Both the position numbers and the translations under genes were made by a program. A stretch of DNA of 64,000 nucleotides from Clostridiales bacterium (GTDB taxonomy: Bacteria > Bacillota > Clostridia > Christensenellales > UBA1242), in contig SVHM01000002.1 in the NCBI GenBank assembly GCA_015055815.1, positions 7,520 through 71,519 of the forward strand, read 5' to 3'. The notes beneath the pieces were generated by a model, which was not told where the DNA came from, made no database searches, and worked only from the letters and a program-made list of their open reading frames with translations. Shown in pieces: positions 20,901-35,900 of this stretch (the first letter of the stretch is position 1; each line of letters starts with the position of its first letter).

Positions 20901-23900
20901 TGCAACAAGTCCACCATATATTCCATCAGTAGCCAAGTAATTGCCACTATGGATATTAACTGCTTGGTTATAACCTTTCTCCATATGAATATTAGATACA
21001 TTTATTGCTCCACTCACATATCCTATCATACCGTATAAATCAAATGTACCATAGTCACTTGAAGATACGGCTACATTTACAACTTCATCATTTTCAAAAG
21101 TATTAACTTCGCCATTACCTACAATCGTCAAGTTATTTATTGGATAGAAAGCACTTCCTAATGCATTAAGTGTATACTTGTCTCCACTTACTTTAGTGTA
21201 AATATTTGGCTTACCTGACAAATTAATTCTTACATTAATAGGAGTTACGTCTCTTGTATATCTCTTAGTTAAAGCAGTATATATTTTTTGATAGCTATCG
21301 CTATTTAATTCCATTTGGTTAGTACGTGAATTAAATTCTCCAATTTTATCATCATCCTGAGAAGAACTTGTATTATACTCTGCAGAACGTTGAGCACCAT
21401 CATCTCCATAATCGATCATTTCTAGTGCAACATTGTTCTCATTAATTCTATAATAATGCCATACACCAGACTCACTGTATAATTGTTTGATGTTTTCAAG
21501 TAGGTAAGATACTGCGTATGTAATACTAATATCACCATCTTCTTGGAACACATATTCAAAATTTTCATTTTGAACAATTTTCTTTAAACTCCTATATTGA
21601 GTATTTGCATAATGCTCATTCCAATTAATGTCTTCCATACAAATAATAGATAATTTCTCACTATTACCCGTTTTACCTTCCGCAAACCTTACAACTGTTT
21701 CGTCAAAGATTGAAGTAGTATTTAAGGCATCACCTACACCGAATTCAACAGAAATGTTGTTATCTTCACCCTCTTGCTCTGCAGTTGTTACTGCCATTTG
21801 AAGAATATCGTAAAGTTGCACCCCTTCTTCACTCACACTAATCTCTGCTACAAAATTAGCATCAGTATACCAGTTTTGGTTTGCATTAAATGATTTATCA
21901 TATTCAAGTTTGTATGCAATACCATTTGCTAGTTTTGTTCCACGTGATGAAGCTTCGAATATATTATAGTTCTTAGCATAACCAACAACACCACCGACAA
22001 ACACTTTATCATCGTTAATTTTTATCTTATTATTATTACTGTTTGCAAAATTAATGTCAATATTTTCTATTTCTTTAATAGCATCACTTACAGCATAACC
22101 AACTATTCCACCTGCATATCTATGTTCAGGGTGATTATGATTTGCAAGTGGGTTCACTTCAATACTTTCTGCTCTTACAGAAGCATTTTCAACATTACCG
22201 TCACTTATATAACCAACTATACCACCAGCAACACCTTTTTTAAACAATAATTTACTAGATGTTACTTTTGAATTTCTAACATTTGCATTTTGCAATTTAC
22301 CAACAATACCGCCAGAGTATTCGTTTCCAGTAATCTTACTAGATACACTATTATCAGATAGATTTACGCCACTTAAATTACCAGCTATACCACCAACATA
22401 TTGGTTAGCAACAATGCCGACAAAGTCTATACCTATTTTGTCACCTTCTACCACTTTATTTCCAGAAATAATTGGAGAAGATGAAGATATTGCAGTACCT
22501 GCACCACCGATGACACCACCGACATAGTTAAAGCTTGCAACATTGATTTGATTAATTGTTATGGTGTTATTAATAAAGTCTATATATTGACCATATTTAA
22601 CATATCCAACAAGTCCACCAACGTAATCGCCTGAAATACCAGTTTCATTAGAGATATTTACAGTTAACTTGTGGTTTTTGATTGTCATTTTGCTAGATGT
22701 GTTATCATTCCCCACAACATAAGAGTTATCAATATATCCATAACCACCAGCAACATAATATGAATTACCACTAGTAATAGTAATGTCTGAAGTAACTTCA
22801 GGAGAAGTCATACTATTATTTCCTGTAAATGTTCCAACATATCCAGCTATACCACCAAGATAAGATTTTCCAATAATACCTGTAATACTCTTATCTTCAT
22901 CTTCTAGAATATAAGCCTTTAACTTTAATGCATCTTCTTTTAAAGTTGCGACCTTTCCAATCAAACCACCAACATATGACGCAGTTTTGTATTGCATATT
23001 AAGGTCGATTTTTATTTCAGGATGAACATAATTATTTAAATTTTGAGCTTTTAACTGAATATAATCAGCATTACCTACAAGCCCACCAACAGCACCACTT
23101 TCACTGTTGTTATGAGATTTTAAAGTAATTGTTCCAACATTTATAGCATCAGTATTTAAAATTACATTTTTTGAGTAACCAATTAAGCCACCTACATTTG
23201 CGCCATAGTTATAACTTGTAACTTTCAAATTAACTTCGTTATCTAATATACTTACTTGTGCAGTAGGATTATTAAATACTGTAACTTGATTAATTTCAAT
23301 AGTTCCGTCTGAATATGCTACTATACTTCCAAAACTATTTCCAATATCCATATGAGACAATGCGTTTGCTTCTATCTCAGCCCTAGACAATTTAACATAA
23401 ATATTTTCAATGCGACCAATTATTCCAGAACTATATGTCGCAAATCCTGTTAAGAAACCTTCATAACGTAACTTTTTGAAAGTAACTTTTGTAGTATCGC
23501 TACTGCCTGTAATTCTACCAATCATACCACCGACATTAGATGATGGAACATAATTGTTTCTATTTAAACAAATTGTAGAATTTGATGTAATATTACCCAT
23601 ACACAATTCGTTAATATCTGTGTTTTCTACATCATTAGCAGTACCCAATGTATCTTTATCTACTTTCATAATTTGATCAGTTACTTCAAGTGTACCAACT
23701 ACTCCACCGATATTGCTACCAAAACCAGCAATTGTAACATCTTGAACTATGATATTTGTTATATTATTTATTGTTTCTTCGCCAACTTTATAGTTGTCTT
23801 TATCAACATTGTATTTATATCCAATTACTGTATCTTTGGCATATCCAACAAGAGCACCAACATTTTCACTCTTATTTAATATATATCCACCACTTAATAC

Positions 23901-26900
23901 TGGAGTGTTATCAGAATTACCTATAATCGTAGCATTTTGAGTATAACCAAATAAACCAGTACTTCCCTTTAAGTCATTATCATTATCTAAATACTTACCG
24001 CTGAAATAACCAACAGAATTTATATTAGAAATAGTCTTTCCATTAAAGTCGAACGTTCCCATAAATGGATGTTGTTCTTCAATATTTTCATTTTCAAATA
24101 GTATATATCCAATAGATTTAAATATCTTACCACCAAGGTCAATATTATTATTTAGTTTAATGGTTATTCCTGCAAATGTAATATTGGAATTTACTTGTTC
24201 AGCTATCCATGCCAAATGCTTTGGATTTTCTATAATATAAACGCCCGCTTCATTAGTTGGAGCTTCACTTTCCCAACACTCAGTCAATACTGATAGAACT
24301 GGGTAGTTATTATTTTTACCAGATACTCTTGACCAAGGTATTAACCATGAATCGTAGAATAAGATATTGTCAAATGCTCGTAATTCTATACCTGATATTT
24401 TGTTAATTTCATTAGCATTAAAAGGTTCACTAGTAGCTGTATTAACTGCCATGTAAACTGTATTATATGTAACACTACTGCTATTTGTAAAGACTTTTTC
24501 ACTATAAGGCAAGTATGCATTTGTAATTTTTACAGATACAATTTCATTTTCTTTAGTATTTACAAAACCAGCATTATGAGTTGCATAAATTGGATAATAG
24601 TACCAACCAACACCGCCAGAATATGAGTTTGTTATATCTCCAGCCATTTCTTTAAAATATGTATACTTATCTAAGTCTCCACGTGAGATATATGCATTTA
24701 AGATTTCTACACTCTTATCAGTGTAACCTATCAATCCTGAAGCATATGCACCATCATCAATTCCTTCAACTGAAGAAGCATTGTAACACTCAGATAATTT
24801 GATAGCTGTTCTTTCAGCATATCCTACAATACCACCGGCAAAACTTCCAGCAGATATATTGGTTTCGTTGAACGATTTTGAAAGTGTAAGTTTTGAACTT
24901 TCAATTTTTCCTATAATACCACCAGCGGTAGATTTTGCAACGAATTTTTTTGTTATATCTTTTTCATCACTTGCTAATGACGGATCATCTAGTTTATCTA
25001 GCATGTATACCCTGTTGATATTAACAGTATTTACACCATTAATATAGCCGACTGCACCACCAAGTATATCAATATCTCCAAGCATATAACAATCTATAGC
25101 TGAGTTATTGATATCTAGTCTTGTAGCATTTGACATGTATCCAACAAGTGTACCAACGCTATTTTCTATGTCATTATGATTAGCTATTAGTAGTCTTGCG
25201 TTAGAAATATTAACGTTTTCGATATATAAGTCGCCAATTTGATTTGCAACTAATATTGCACCATCACCATTATTTGAATAAACAAATACATTTTCAAAGT
25301 TTACATTTTTAATTGAATTCATTTGTGAGTTGCCGAATATTCCCGCAAATGTATCATTTAGAATTGTAATATTTTTAATTGTATGTCCGTGTCCGTCAAA
25401 TTTTCCTTTGAATGTAGTAATTTCGTTACCAGTTCTCTTACCACCAATTGGAGTTAAGATTTTACCACGCATGTCAATGTCTTCTTCTATATAAACTGTG
25501 TAACCATCAAATGACATTCCTTCATTAACAAGTCTTATAAAGTATGCAAAACCTATATCATCTCTAATATTAAATGTTTTATTAATGGAATTAATTCTTA
25601 TGTGATCAATTAATGAAACATGAGAAGTTGGAAGAGGAACTCTTTCTAAATATTCACTAGGTATATTGTCTTCAATATATTTATTAACATAATTATTCCA
25701 TGAATAATTTGCATAGTCTGTTTGATTAGCAGAGTAAATATTCATGTCATCAATGAACCAACCACCGCATTCTTCCTTAATCATCCATTTTAGCATTGGA
25801 TAACCAGCATTACCAAATGTTGAGCCGGAATTTGTAGTCCCACCAACGAATACAATCCAGTCATTATAGAAATCAAATTCGTAAGACGACTTGGTAAATT
25901 GTATCAAATCATCTGCTGTTGCAGTCAATACAAAACTGTTATTTTCATCTCTTCTAATAGTTGCCATTAACATTGTTCCATTATTGTCATAATAAGCAAT
26001 TCCATTATTAGTATTGACCATACAATTTATTAAATTTGCATTTGCTTGTGAAATTTCGTTTAATATAATATCGGATAATTCAATAGTTCCATTTCCACTC
26101 TCGTTAAATATATTTGCCTTATTATTAATATTCGCATACGTTATCAACCCATCATTCTTTCCATATAAGTTACCGACATTTAAGTTAGTTAAAGATGGAT
26201 GCAAATCAATACTACTATTTAACTGAATGTAATACCCATTATCTATATTACCATTAATTGAACTTCCACTAATCTTACCATTGTTAGTACCAATAATCGT
26301 TGAAGTAACATTGCCATTTATTGACATTCCATATACTCTAGATAATTTGTCAACTTTAGTGATTGTTGCTATACAATTATTGAAGTAAATATCGTTATTA
26401 TCTAAACTTCCATTTGAAACTTCTAATGAAATACTCATGCTTGTATTAGTAATTATATAACTCTTGCCACTAACAAGCCTCAATTTATTACTTACAGCAT
26501 TAGTAGATGAAAGTTGTATTGGATTTAATCTAGCACTATTATAATTATAATTATCAGTATCACTTATAAATATTTTTAAATTTGGGAATACATTGTTATC
26601 TGTGTCTGTATTTCCCGCCCACTTACTTCCAAATGCAGAATAAATATTATTACCACCATCATCTTCATGGTCATACAACATATCTTGAACAGATAATGGT
26701 GTACCAATTTGATTAGTCTTTAACATAAATTCTGACAAGTAATAAACATTTTCGATTTCAGATAGCAAGTCATAAATATCTACTTGACCATTAGTCATTA
26801 ATTTTGCATTACCAATAATTCCACCCATTTGACTATTTGGGTCAGTATTATTAGCACATACAATATTTGCAATAGAATAACTTGTATTTAATTTTATTTT

Positions 26901-29900
26901 ATCTACATAGTCTTTGTTTGAAATCTCTACTCTTCCTATAATTCCACCCAATGAATTATATAGTGAAGAAATTTCACTATGTTGTAAAGTTCCATTTTCA
27001 GCATAAACTTCATAGCAAACTTCAATTGTATTAGAAGTATAACAGTCTACAATGTTTACACCATTATTTACAAATCCAATCATACCACCAATATTTGCAT
27101 TGATTTGTTCATTTTCTCTAGGTTCACTACGTGAAACATTTAGCTTAATGCTTCCATCAGCAAATGACTGGCTAATTGTTTTCATGTTATCGGTATTACT
27201 ATAATTATTTAAGTAACCTACAAGTCCACCAGCATTGATATTTAATGATGATTGGTCATCCGCTACAATTTCTAATGTTCCATTATAATAAGAATTATTT
27301 ACGGCAGTATCAGTAGCCTTTCCTATAAATCCACCAACATTTAATTGAGTAGAGTCTCCAATGTTAGTAGTAACTTTAATAATATTAGAAACTGCTTTTG
27401 TGTAAGTTCCACAATTTGTTGAACCAAACACACCACCAACGTTAATAATAGCATTGTCTTTTTCTGTAATACTAGTAGTTAACATAGGAATATTAGCAAC
27501 ATTGACAGGTGCAGGAATTGTATTATGACCTACACCGCTAAGTATAGCACCTACTGTACCTGCAATATTTATTGTAGAATGAGTTTTATTCATGCTCGAC
27601 ATGTGTGATTTGTCGTTATCATGAGTAATCTCACCCATGCCACAATAATAGCTTAATCCGTCACCAAATTGTAAATCACCATTGAAGTTTGTACCAATTA
27701 ATCCAGCATAACCACCGATACCAGCAATACCAGAATTAATTATGTTACTTGATACATATACAGATTTGTTATTATACTTAAACTTGCTTAATTTTACATT
27801 AATATTATTTATGTTAAACTTAGTTGTAGTAATTTCGTTTTGTTTACCTTCAACAATTCCAAATACACCACCAACGCCTAACATTTCATAAGAAACTTTG
27901 CTATCGCTTAGAGCTTCTAATTTAACATCTAATATTGATGTAGGAGTTGTTATATTTTCGTCTATAGATATATTATTTATTTCTGAGTCATCAAAACCAA
28001 TAACTTTACCAAACAATGAACCAACGGCTATTGTATCATAAAGTTCATTTTCGCCATAAGCTATATCAACTTTTATGTTTTGATTTGTAATTGTAACAGT
28101 ATCTAATCCTTTACCAACAGCAATTGAGCCATATCCACAAATACCACCAACATATAATGACAAGTTATTAATACCTGTGATATCTTTTTCTGAGTTTGTG
28201 TTATCTACGTCACCAACAACTATAGTTGGATTTGTTATTGTTAATTCGGAAATTTCTAAGCTTTCTGCATAACCACCAACAACACCTATGTATGATGCTG
28301 AGTTTTTAGCAATTATTTTCTTGCCACTAGTAAATGTAATTGAAACATCTTTAATCTTATTAGTAGCAAATCCCCTTGAATAAGCATAACCAAATATTAC
28401 GCCACCAGCAGAATTAATACCGCTATTAACTTCTATGTCGCCATCAACAACAAAATTAATACCTTCAATTGTTGCACCTTTAATTGCTGAGAATAAGCCT
28501 ACGTTATTACCTGCCATACCTTTAATCGTAATAGTAGTTGCAGTACCTTTTTTCAAAGTACCAGTAAATGGATTACCAGTTGAAAGTAAAGGTAAAGATA
28601 CTTTATCACTTGGAATAGCAATATTTTGATCTAATATGAATGTACCATAAGGATATTCATATACTTTTAACAAGTCTTCTGCTGTATTAACATGAATGAT
28701 TGGTTCTGTTAATTCCATTTCAAATACTGGGAATATTGGATTTTGTTTAGTAGTATCATCAGAAGCATCTACTTTGTAATATCCCCAAACTGACGATCTC
28801 CAGAAGCTATCATTGAAAATATCTTGCGATGTTGCATTTCTTTGAGCAATTAATCCAGTTGAATATGTTCCATCACTAGTTGAAATTGTAATATCTTTAA
28901 TTTCTTGTGTTTCGCCCTTTGATACTGTATCTGTATCTGTACCATTCTTAATAGCATTAAGAATTTTAATAGCATTAGCATGATTATATGTTTTACCTAG
29001 AATTTCTTGTAAAGTTCTACTTGAAGAATATGTTCCAAGTCTAGAGAAATGAGCAACATCATCAATTGCTATAGCATTTCCGTTTACACTTAATGTTATA
29101 TAATTACCACTAAATACGTTACCTATATTACTAGCTATTACAACTGGAGTTGCAGTTGTATTGTTATTTGCAGTTGAAATAGTGGTTATATATTTGCCAT
29201 TTTCAATATTGGTATTAGAAATACCAGGTGCTGTAGTTGATATATTACCTATTTCACCAATAAGTTCAAATTTATCAAAACTATCACTTGAAGAAGAAGC
29301 AAGACTTTCGTTAATTGAATTAAATGTATATGCAGTAATTGTATACATGTCTTCTTTTAACATTCTACTATTAAAATCATTAACATGAATGATATTAAGA
29401 TCTTTATCGTCACCTTCTACATTTTTGCAATTTACCCAGTAACCGACAAGACTTCCGATATTTGCAAAATCATCTGATTTATTAACAACATATCTATCTA
29501 TATTCAAATGCTCTTTCTTCCAGATATTAGAAGCAACAATTGATGTCATGCTTAGAGATGGAGCATCTGCATCATTAAAGAATTTTTTGTAGTTACTATT
29601 TGCATCTATCTCACTATCTTCAATAAACAACTTAAACATTGGTATTTGTTCAGTTTGTACAGTGTCAAAGTTTTCAGCATAATTAGTATTGATACCAATT
29701 ATACCACCGACACCATAATATGCATAAACATCACTAGTAGTATAAACGGTAGATAGTTCACCACCAATATTAGCACCAATAATTCCACCAGCATACATCG
29801 AATTAATATTTATTACATTCACCCTATTGTAACAATTTTCAATTCTACCTTCTTGGTTTAGACCAACCAAACCACCAATGAAATGAGCATTAGCAGAGAA

Positions 29901-32900
29901 GAATGTATCACTACCAGTATTAGAAATTTTATCTCCGAATACTTGAGTGTTATTTTTATTTGATGCAATATTCTTTATGTTTTTATCAACTGTGTCTTGA
30001 GTAATTTGTTCGTTTGCCACATAACTTCTAGCGATTACACCTTTGTTCATTCCCACAAGTCCACCAGCAATTCTTGTAGCACGTAATGTTGAATTTGTAG
30101 CAACACTTACGCTATTTTGACTGATGAATGTTTTGTTTCCCGCATAACCAAACAATCCACCAACAATTTGACCAGTAATAATTGCTGTACCTTGTAATTT
30201 ATTTCCCCTTACATTAGCAATACTATTTACATCAAAGTCTTGTATAGTTGTATCTATTTGGCTCAAGTCTAATATACCAGCGATACCACCCGCATATGAA
30301 ACTTTTGAGAAATTTGAATATTCATCATTAGGAGTTGTATTTTTAGGAATATAAACATTGTACTCTGAGATATATGTAATATATGGATTTTTTGCAGAGA
30401 ATGAGTTCTCTTTTACACTATCATTATTAGATGTAGCAGATACCCCACTTGTTACATTAACAAGACTGCTACTGCCAGAAACTCTACCTACAACGCCACC
30501 AACTGCGTTTAATCCATAAACTACTACGTTACTATTTCCAGAAACATTAATATTAAATAAATTACTATCGATTACTTGTCCAGCAAGCGCACCTACAAAG
30601 TTTACGCCCGTTCCATACATTTCGTTTACAACAATGTTTACATTTTTTACAACAGCCTTTCCAGTTATCTTTGCAAATAAACCTAAGCTTGTTGCATTTT
30701 GAAGAAGTATTACTTTTGAGTTGTTGTTATCAATTTTATAGTTAATATTTGTAACTTCATTTCCATTCAGAGTAAGTTTAGTAGTATCTACATTATAAGT
30801 AGTTCCGTCAATATTTACTTGACCTGAAGTAATTGAAATTTCACGAAGAATAATTTTATCATCTTCTTCATAAGTTTTAGCCAATTGTTTTGCAATAGCA
30901 TTATCGGTCTTTGTAGCATCAGCATTGATATTAACATTGTTAATAGTCATACCATTTCCATCAAAGATACCTTTGTAATTAACGTTATATGTAATTGCTG
31001 AAACGGCATTACCCGGTGTTCCAAATTCAATATCTGATACAAGTCTCATCTTTTTATTTGAAACTAAATTATTTCTTTCAGTAAGGCTGATATTGTTATT
31101 ACCAAGCTCTAATACATAATTATTATAATCATTAGAGTTTTTGATTAAATATGGATTAAATACGCTTTCGCCATATCTAATTAAAGATATATTTTGATTT
31201 GCTGTAGATTCTGATGTAGGTACAGACCAGCTAGTTTTATCTTCATATTCATATGTATTAGTTGTATCAACTGGAACTGAATTTTTAGATTTATCAATAA
31301 AGTTGATATTATATCTAATTGTTCCACCTGTAATTTTATTACTTATAGCAGATTTAATATCATTAACAAGTATTTCGTAAGTACTTTGAGTATTTCCTTC
31401 TTGAATTTCTGTATTTGTAGCAGTAGTATAATTATCTGTACTTAAATACATATTTACTTGAACAACATAGTTTGTTGTATTTTCACCAGTCTCACTTGAA
31501 GTAACACTTGAAGTAACACCAACCATAATATTCTTTCTATCAATATCACTTCCAAATTTGTTCATGATATTGTGTGTTAGCATTAATTCATAAACACATT
31601 CTTTTACATCTATTGATTTACTATTAATGCTTGTTTTAAAGCTATATGTCATTAAGTTTGCAGAAACCAATTGTGGTACACCAGAAGGATAATTAATATT
31701 TCTGAAATTATCTCTACTTTCACTACCTGTTGGATAATACCAAACACTTGATGCTATAGTATTAATATTTGTTGAGAAATCACTATTGAATGCAAAAGTC
31801 TCAAAAGTATTTACAATGCCAAATTGATTAAGTGAAATAGCGTTTGCTACTTGATTTTGGCTTTCGTAATTGTTGTATTCATCAATGAAAGTATTACTGT
31901 CGCCAGTTGCACTTCCTGCAAATTCAATATCTGTATTTAGTACTTTCAAGTAGTATGAATTAGTGATTGTTCCGTCATTGAAGTTATCTTCACCCTTTAA
32001 TGCTAAGAATGGGCTACCATCTTTCACTACACTACTTAACGAATATGTATTATTAATAGTTCCAGAGTTTTTAAATGCGAAACCTGTAGTAACATTACCT
32101 GAAACCATAAAGTTTGCATAGCTATCACTAATAATACCTGCATTTTTGTATACAAATGATGAAGCATTACCGTTTGCAGAAATAACGGCAGTTGACATCT
32201 TTCTCATGTCTTTATAGTCATATGAACTATTTCCACGATCATCATACAAACTATCATTATTAATTACATAATTATAGCCATTAAAACCAGTCAAACTAGT
32301 TAGTCCAGTTAAGTTAACATGTTCTGTGTTATTACTATTATAGAAATGTCCGCCAGATGTATAACTATAAAGAATTTTACCATTGTTGTTATATACAAAT
32401 CCTGAAGCACCAACATCTTCCGACTTAGCAGTTAATGCAACAACGTTACCACCGTCATAATAACAACTTGAAATGGTATTATTGTTGTCTACAACAAATC
32501 CAGCAACATTGTCTCTACCCTTAATAGTTACATTATTGATATTACTATTTGTAATATATCCATTGTTTTCAGCAACTAAACCACCAATTTTGTAACTACC
32601 AGTTAAAGAATAATCTAAACCAAAGTAAACATTGACAGATGCAAGTTTTCTAATACTTTGAGTATTTTCATTATTATCGGTTTCTTGTAAAATTCTTTGT
32701 CTATTGTTTCTATAATCTTTAGCATTACTTGTAATTGTTACATTTGTAATTATACCATTGTTTATTGGTGTCAATATACCAAATTTAACATTTGAATAAT
32801 TGCCAGCTGAAATTTGCAAATCACCTAACGCTTCAATTGCCGAATCGGTATATTCGAAACCTATATCATCACCTTGATCGTTTTTCCTATTTTCACAAGG

Positions 32901-35900
32901 AATTTCAATTACAACGTTTTTAATAATTGAATCACTGTAAATTTGAGAGAATATTCCAAGATTTAAATCTTCTGCTTTATCTTCGATAGAAGTATTTTTA
33001 GTAGTATCATAGAATGATTTTAATTTAATTACATATCCATTACCATCAAAAGATTTAATATCTTCATCAAGTGGAACCCAGTTTTCTAAAGTAATATCAT
33101 TCATAAGAATATAGTGTGAATTTTCTCCACCAACCATATTTTTGAATTGATCAACAGAATATATAGGCTCTGGATTTACTTCTGTATTAAGTCTAACAAA
33201 ACTTAAAGTGAACGCTGTTATTTTTTCAAATGAATAACCATCAGATACAATTTTGTTTTCTACTCCACCACCATCTTTCGTATAACTATATGCAATTCTT
33301 GCAAGTAATGTACTAGCAGAATTAATTCTTGTATTTCTTATAATCAAATAATCAGATGAATCTTCATTATCAGTTATTTCAAAATCTGGATAAGGATCTC
33401 CAACATTAAGAGGAATATGAACATTATTTTGTAGATAGTAGAATGACTGTGCATCCTTTTTAGAAAGAGCATCAGCAAAATTCTTGATTTGATTGCTAAG
33501 TGCATAATTGTTTAATTGGTCATAATCTTTATCATACGTAGCTTCAATGTCTAGGCGTAAATCATATGGCTGATTAAATATACCCAACATTTGACCATTT
33601 GTAACATATTTTACATTTATTTTATCAATTATATATGGTGCCAAAATAAACTTGATTTCGTCGCTATCTGTATAATATTTACCATTAATTGTTGATGTAA
33701 TTGTTGCAGTCAAAGTAAATGTTTTTCCAATATAGCTTGAATATTCAACACCGATGTCATTTGCACTCTTTACATCTAAATAGAATTTGCCATTTTCATA
33801 TCTTGGTTCAGTATTTTTAAATATTGTGTTTAGACTTGAAATCGAATTATTTTGACCTAAATTTTCAACCAACTTCCATGTAATTGAATTTTTATTGTCT
33901 GTTTTTGCATCAATTACAAGCGGATGATTAAATGTAGCAACAGCTCTTTCTTCTAGTCCATTAACAGAAATATCAATACTTGGACTATTCTTTGTGACGA
34001 TATAAATAGAATTTCCACCAACCCTTGTAGAAGTTCCATTTGCTTCGTTTACATAGAATGAATAAGTAATAAGGAAGCCATCAACATTACTTGGAATTGT
34101 ATTTTGAATATTTGTTCTAACATAGAATGAGCCATCAAATACATTTTTTCCACCGTCTATTATGCTGACTTTTTCAAGGACTAGTCTATTTTCTCCGCTT
34201 ACAGTATTGTAAAGGGATGAATAACTTGTAACTTGACTACCAGTATAGTTAGCAACCATTTGTTCAAATGCAATATATGTATTACCAACTTTTGTAGATT
34301 CAATTACTACATAGTCTACACTTGCGTATTTAGGATAAATATTAAGTCTCAAAAGTCCTGGATAGCCACTAACCAAAGCATTAGCTACATAATAATTGTT
34401 TGCATCATATGTTTTATCAAAATCGCCATCTTCAGAACCATCAGGTTTATATGCATAATGAATACTTGATTCATTGAAACTTTGCTTTAAGATATTAACT
34501 GTAGTAACAGTATCCAAAGTTTTATCTTCTGGACCACCGTTAACTTTATCAACTTTGAATGTTAAGTTGTAACTTTGAATCAAATCGGTAGATAATTTTT
34601 CATTTTCTCTAACACCAATCATAAATGTGTAAATAATTTTCTTCTCAGTATTGTCATATGGGCTACTATGAAGTTTAATAAACATTTTATCAAATTCATG
34701 AGTTGTTCCATTTGTTACAAACTCAAATCCATTAAACACATTACCATTATGGTTATTTTTGATATCAAGAGTTACTTTCTCATTGCTATTATCTGTATAT
34801 ACAATAACATCAAAGAATGAAGTTACATCTGGCTCAAATTCAACTTTACTATCACTTGAAATTGAAGTTGCGCCAATTAAAGTTTTAACTTTAAACGATG
34901 CTGTAAATGTTGTTTCAGTGTTATTATTGATAATCTTTACTTGTTCACCATTTTTCCAATAAAGTGTAGCAGAAATTGTTGGAATTGCTGTTCCATAACT
35001 ACCTGCAGAAAGTTTAACTGAATTGGATGAAGTATATGGATAAGTTGTTATATTATCAATTTTAACTGTTGGATAACCTTCTTTGTTTTCAGCTTTTAAA
35101 TAAGAATATTTAACTTCAAAGTCATTATCTATAACTAGATAGATAGGAGCACAATCGCTATCAAAACCTAACGTTCCCCTATCGCTATCAGATAAAATAT
35201 ATGCATATTCAGGAACAATTTCAACGTTATATTTATCATTTAGAAGTAAGTTTACTATACTTTCAGATGTTAATTTATTTTCTTCTCTAATCTCACCATT
35301 ATACAAATTAAATGTATTAACTGGAGATATAACATTTAATTTAATTGTCGCATAGTTATTAGCATTATAAACAGAAGAAATTCTAATACTAATCTCACCA
35401 TTTCCGCAAGCTACAAAATATGGTTTGTTATTAACAATTTCAATGTAACCAACTTGTGGGTCGCTTGTTATAAATTTCAATGCACCATTTTGCAAGAAAG
35501 GTGGATAAATTGTAATGTTACAACAATCAAATAAATCATATCTATTTTTTTCTATTAACCAATTATCTAAATTAGCACTAAGATTTTTATCAAAATCATC
35601 GTACTCGCCATCACCCTTAAAGTCGATAACTTTTCTATAACCACCATATACAGGAATAGTAGTATATTTATATCTAGAATAATCTACTTGATAGTATTCA
35701 ACAGTAGCATTTGAAGTAGATGAAGATGCGATTGACTGCGCACTACTTTTTAAACTTTCGATAAAGTTTGCAACTTCAATTTCTTCATTATTTACTGATT
35801 TTTCTGATTGTTGCATAGTACTATTTGTTTTAGATATATTATCTGAAACTTTAGTCATACTAGCACCAATTGAATAAGAAACAGCTTCTCCTTGTAAAAC

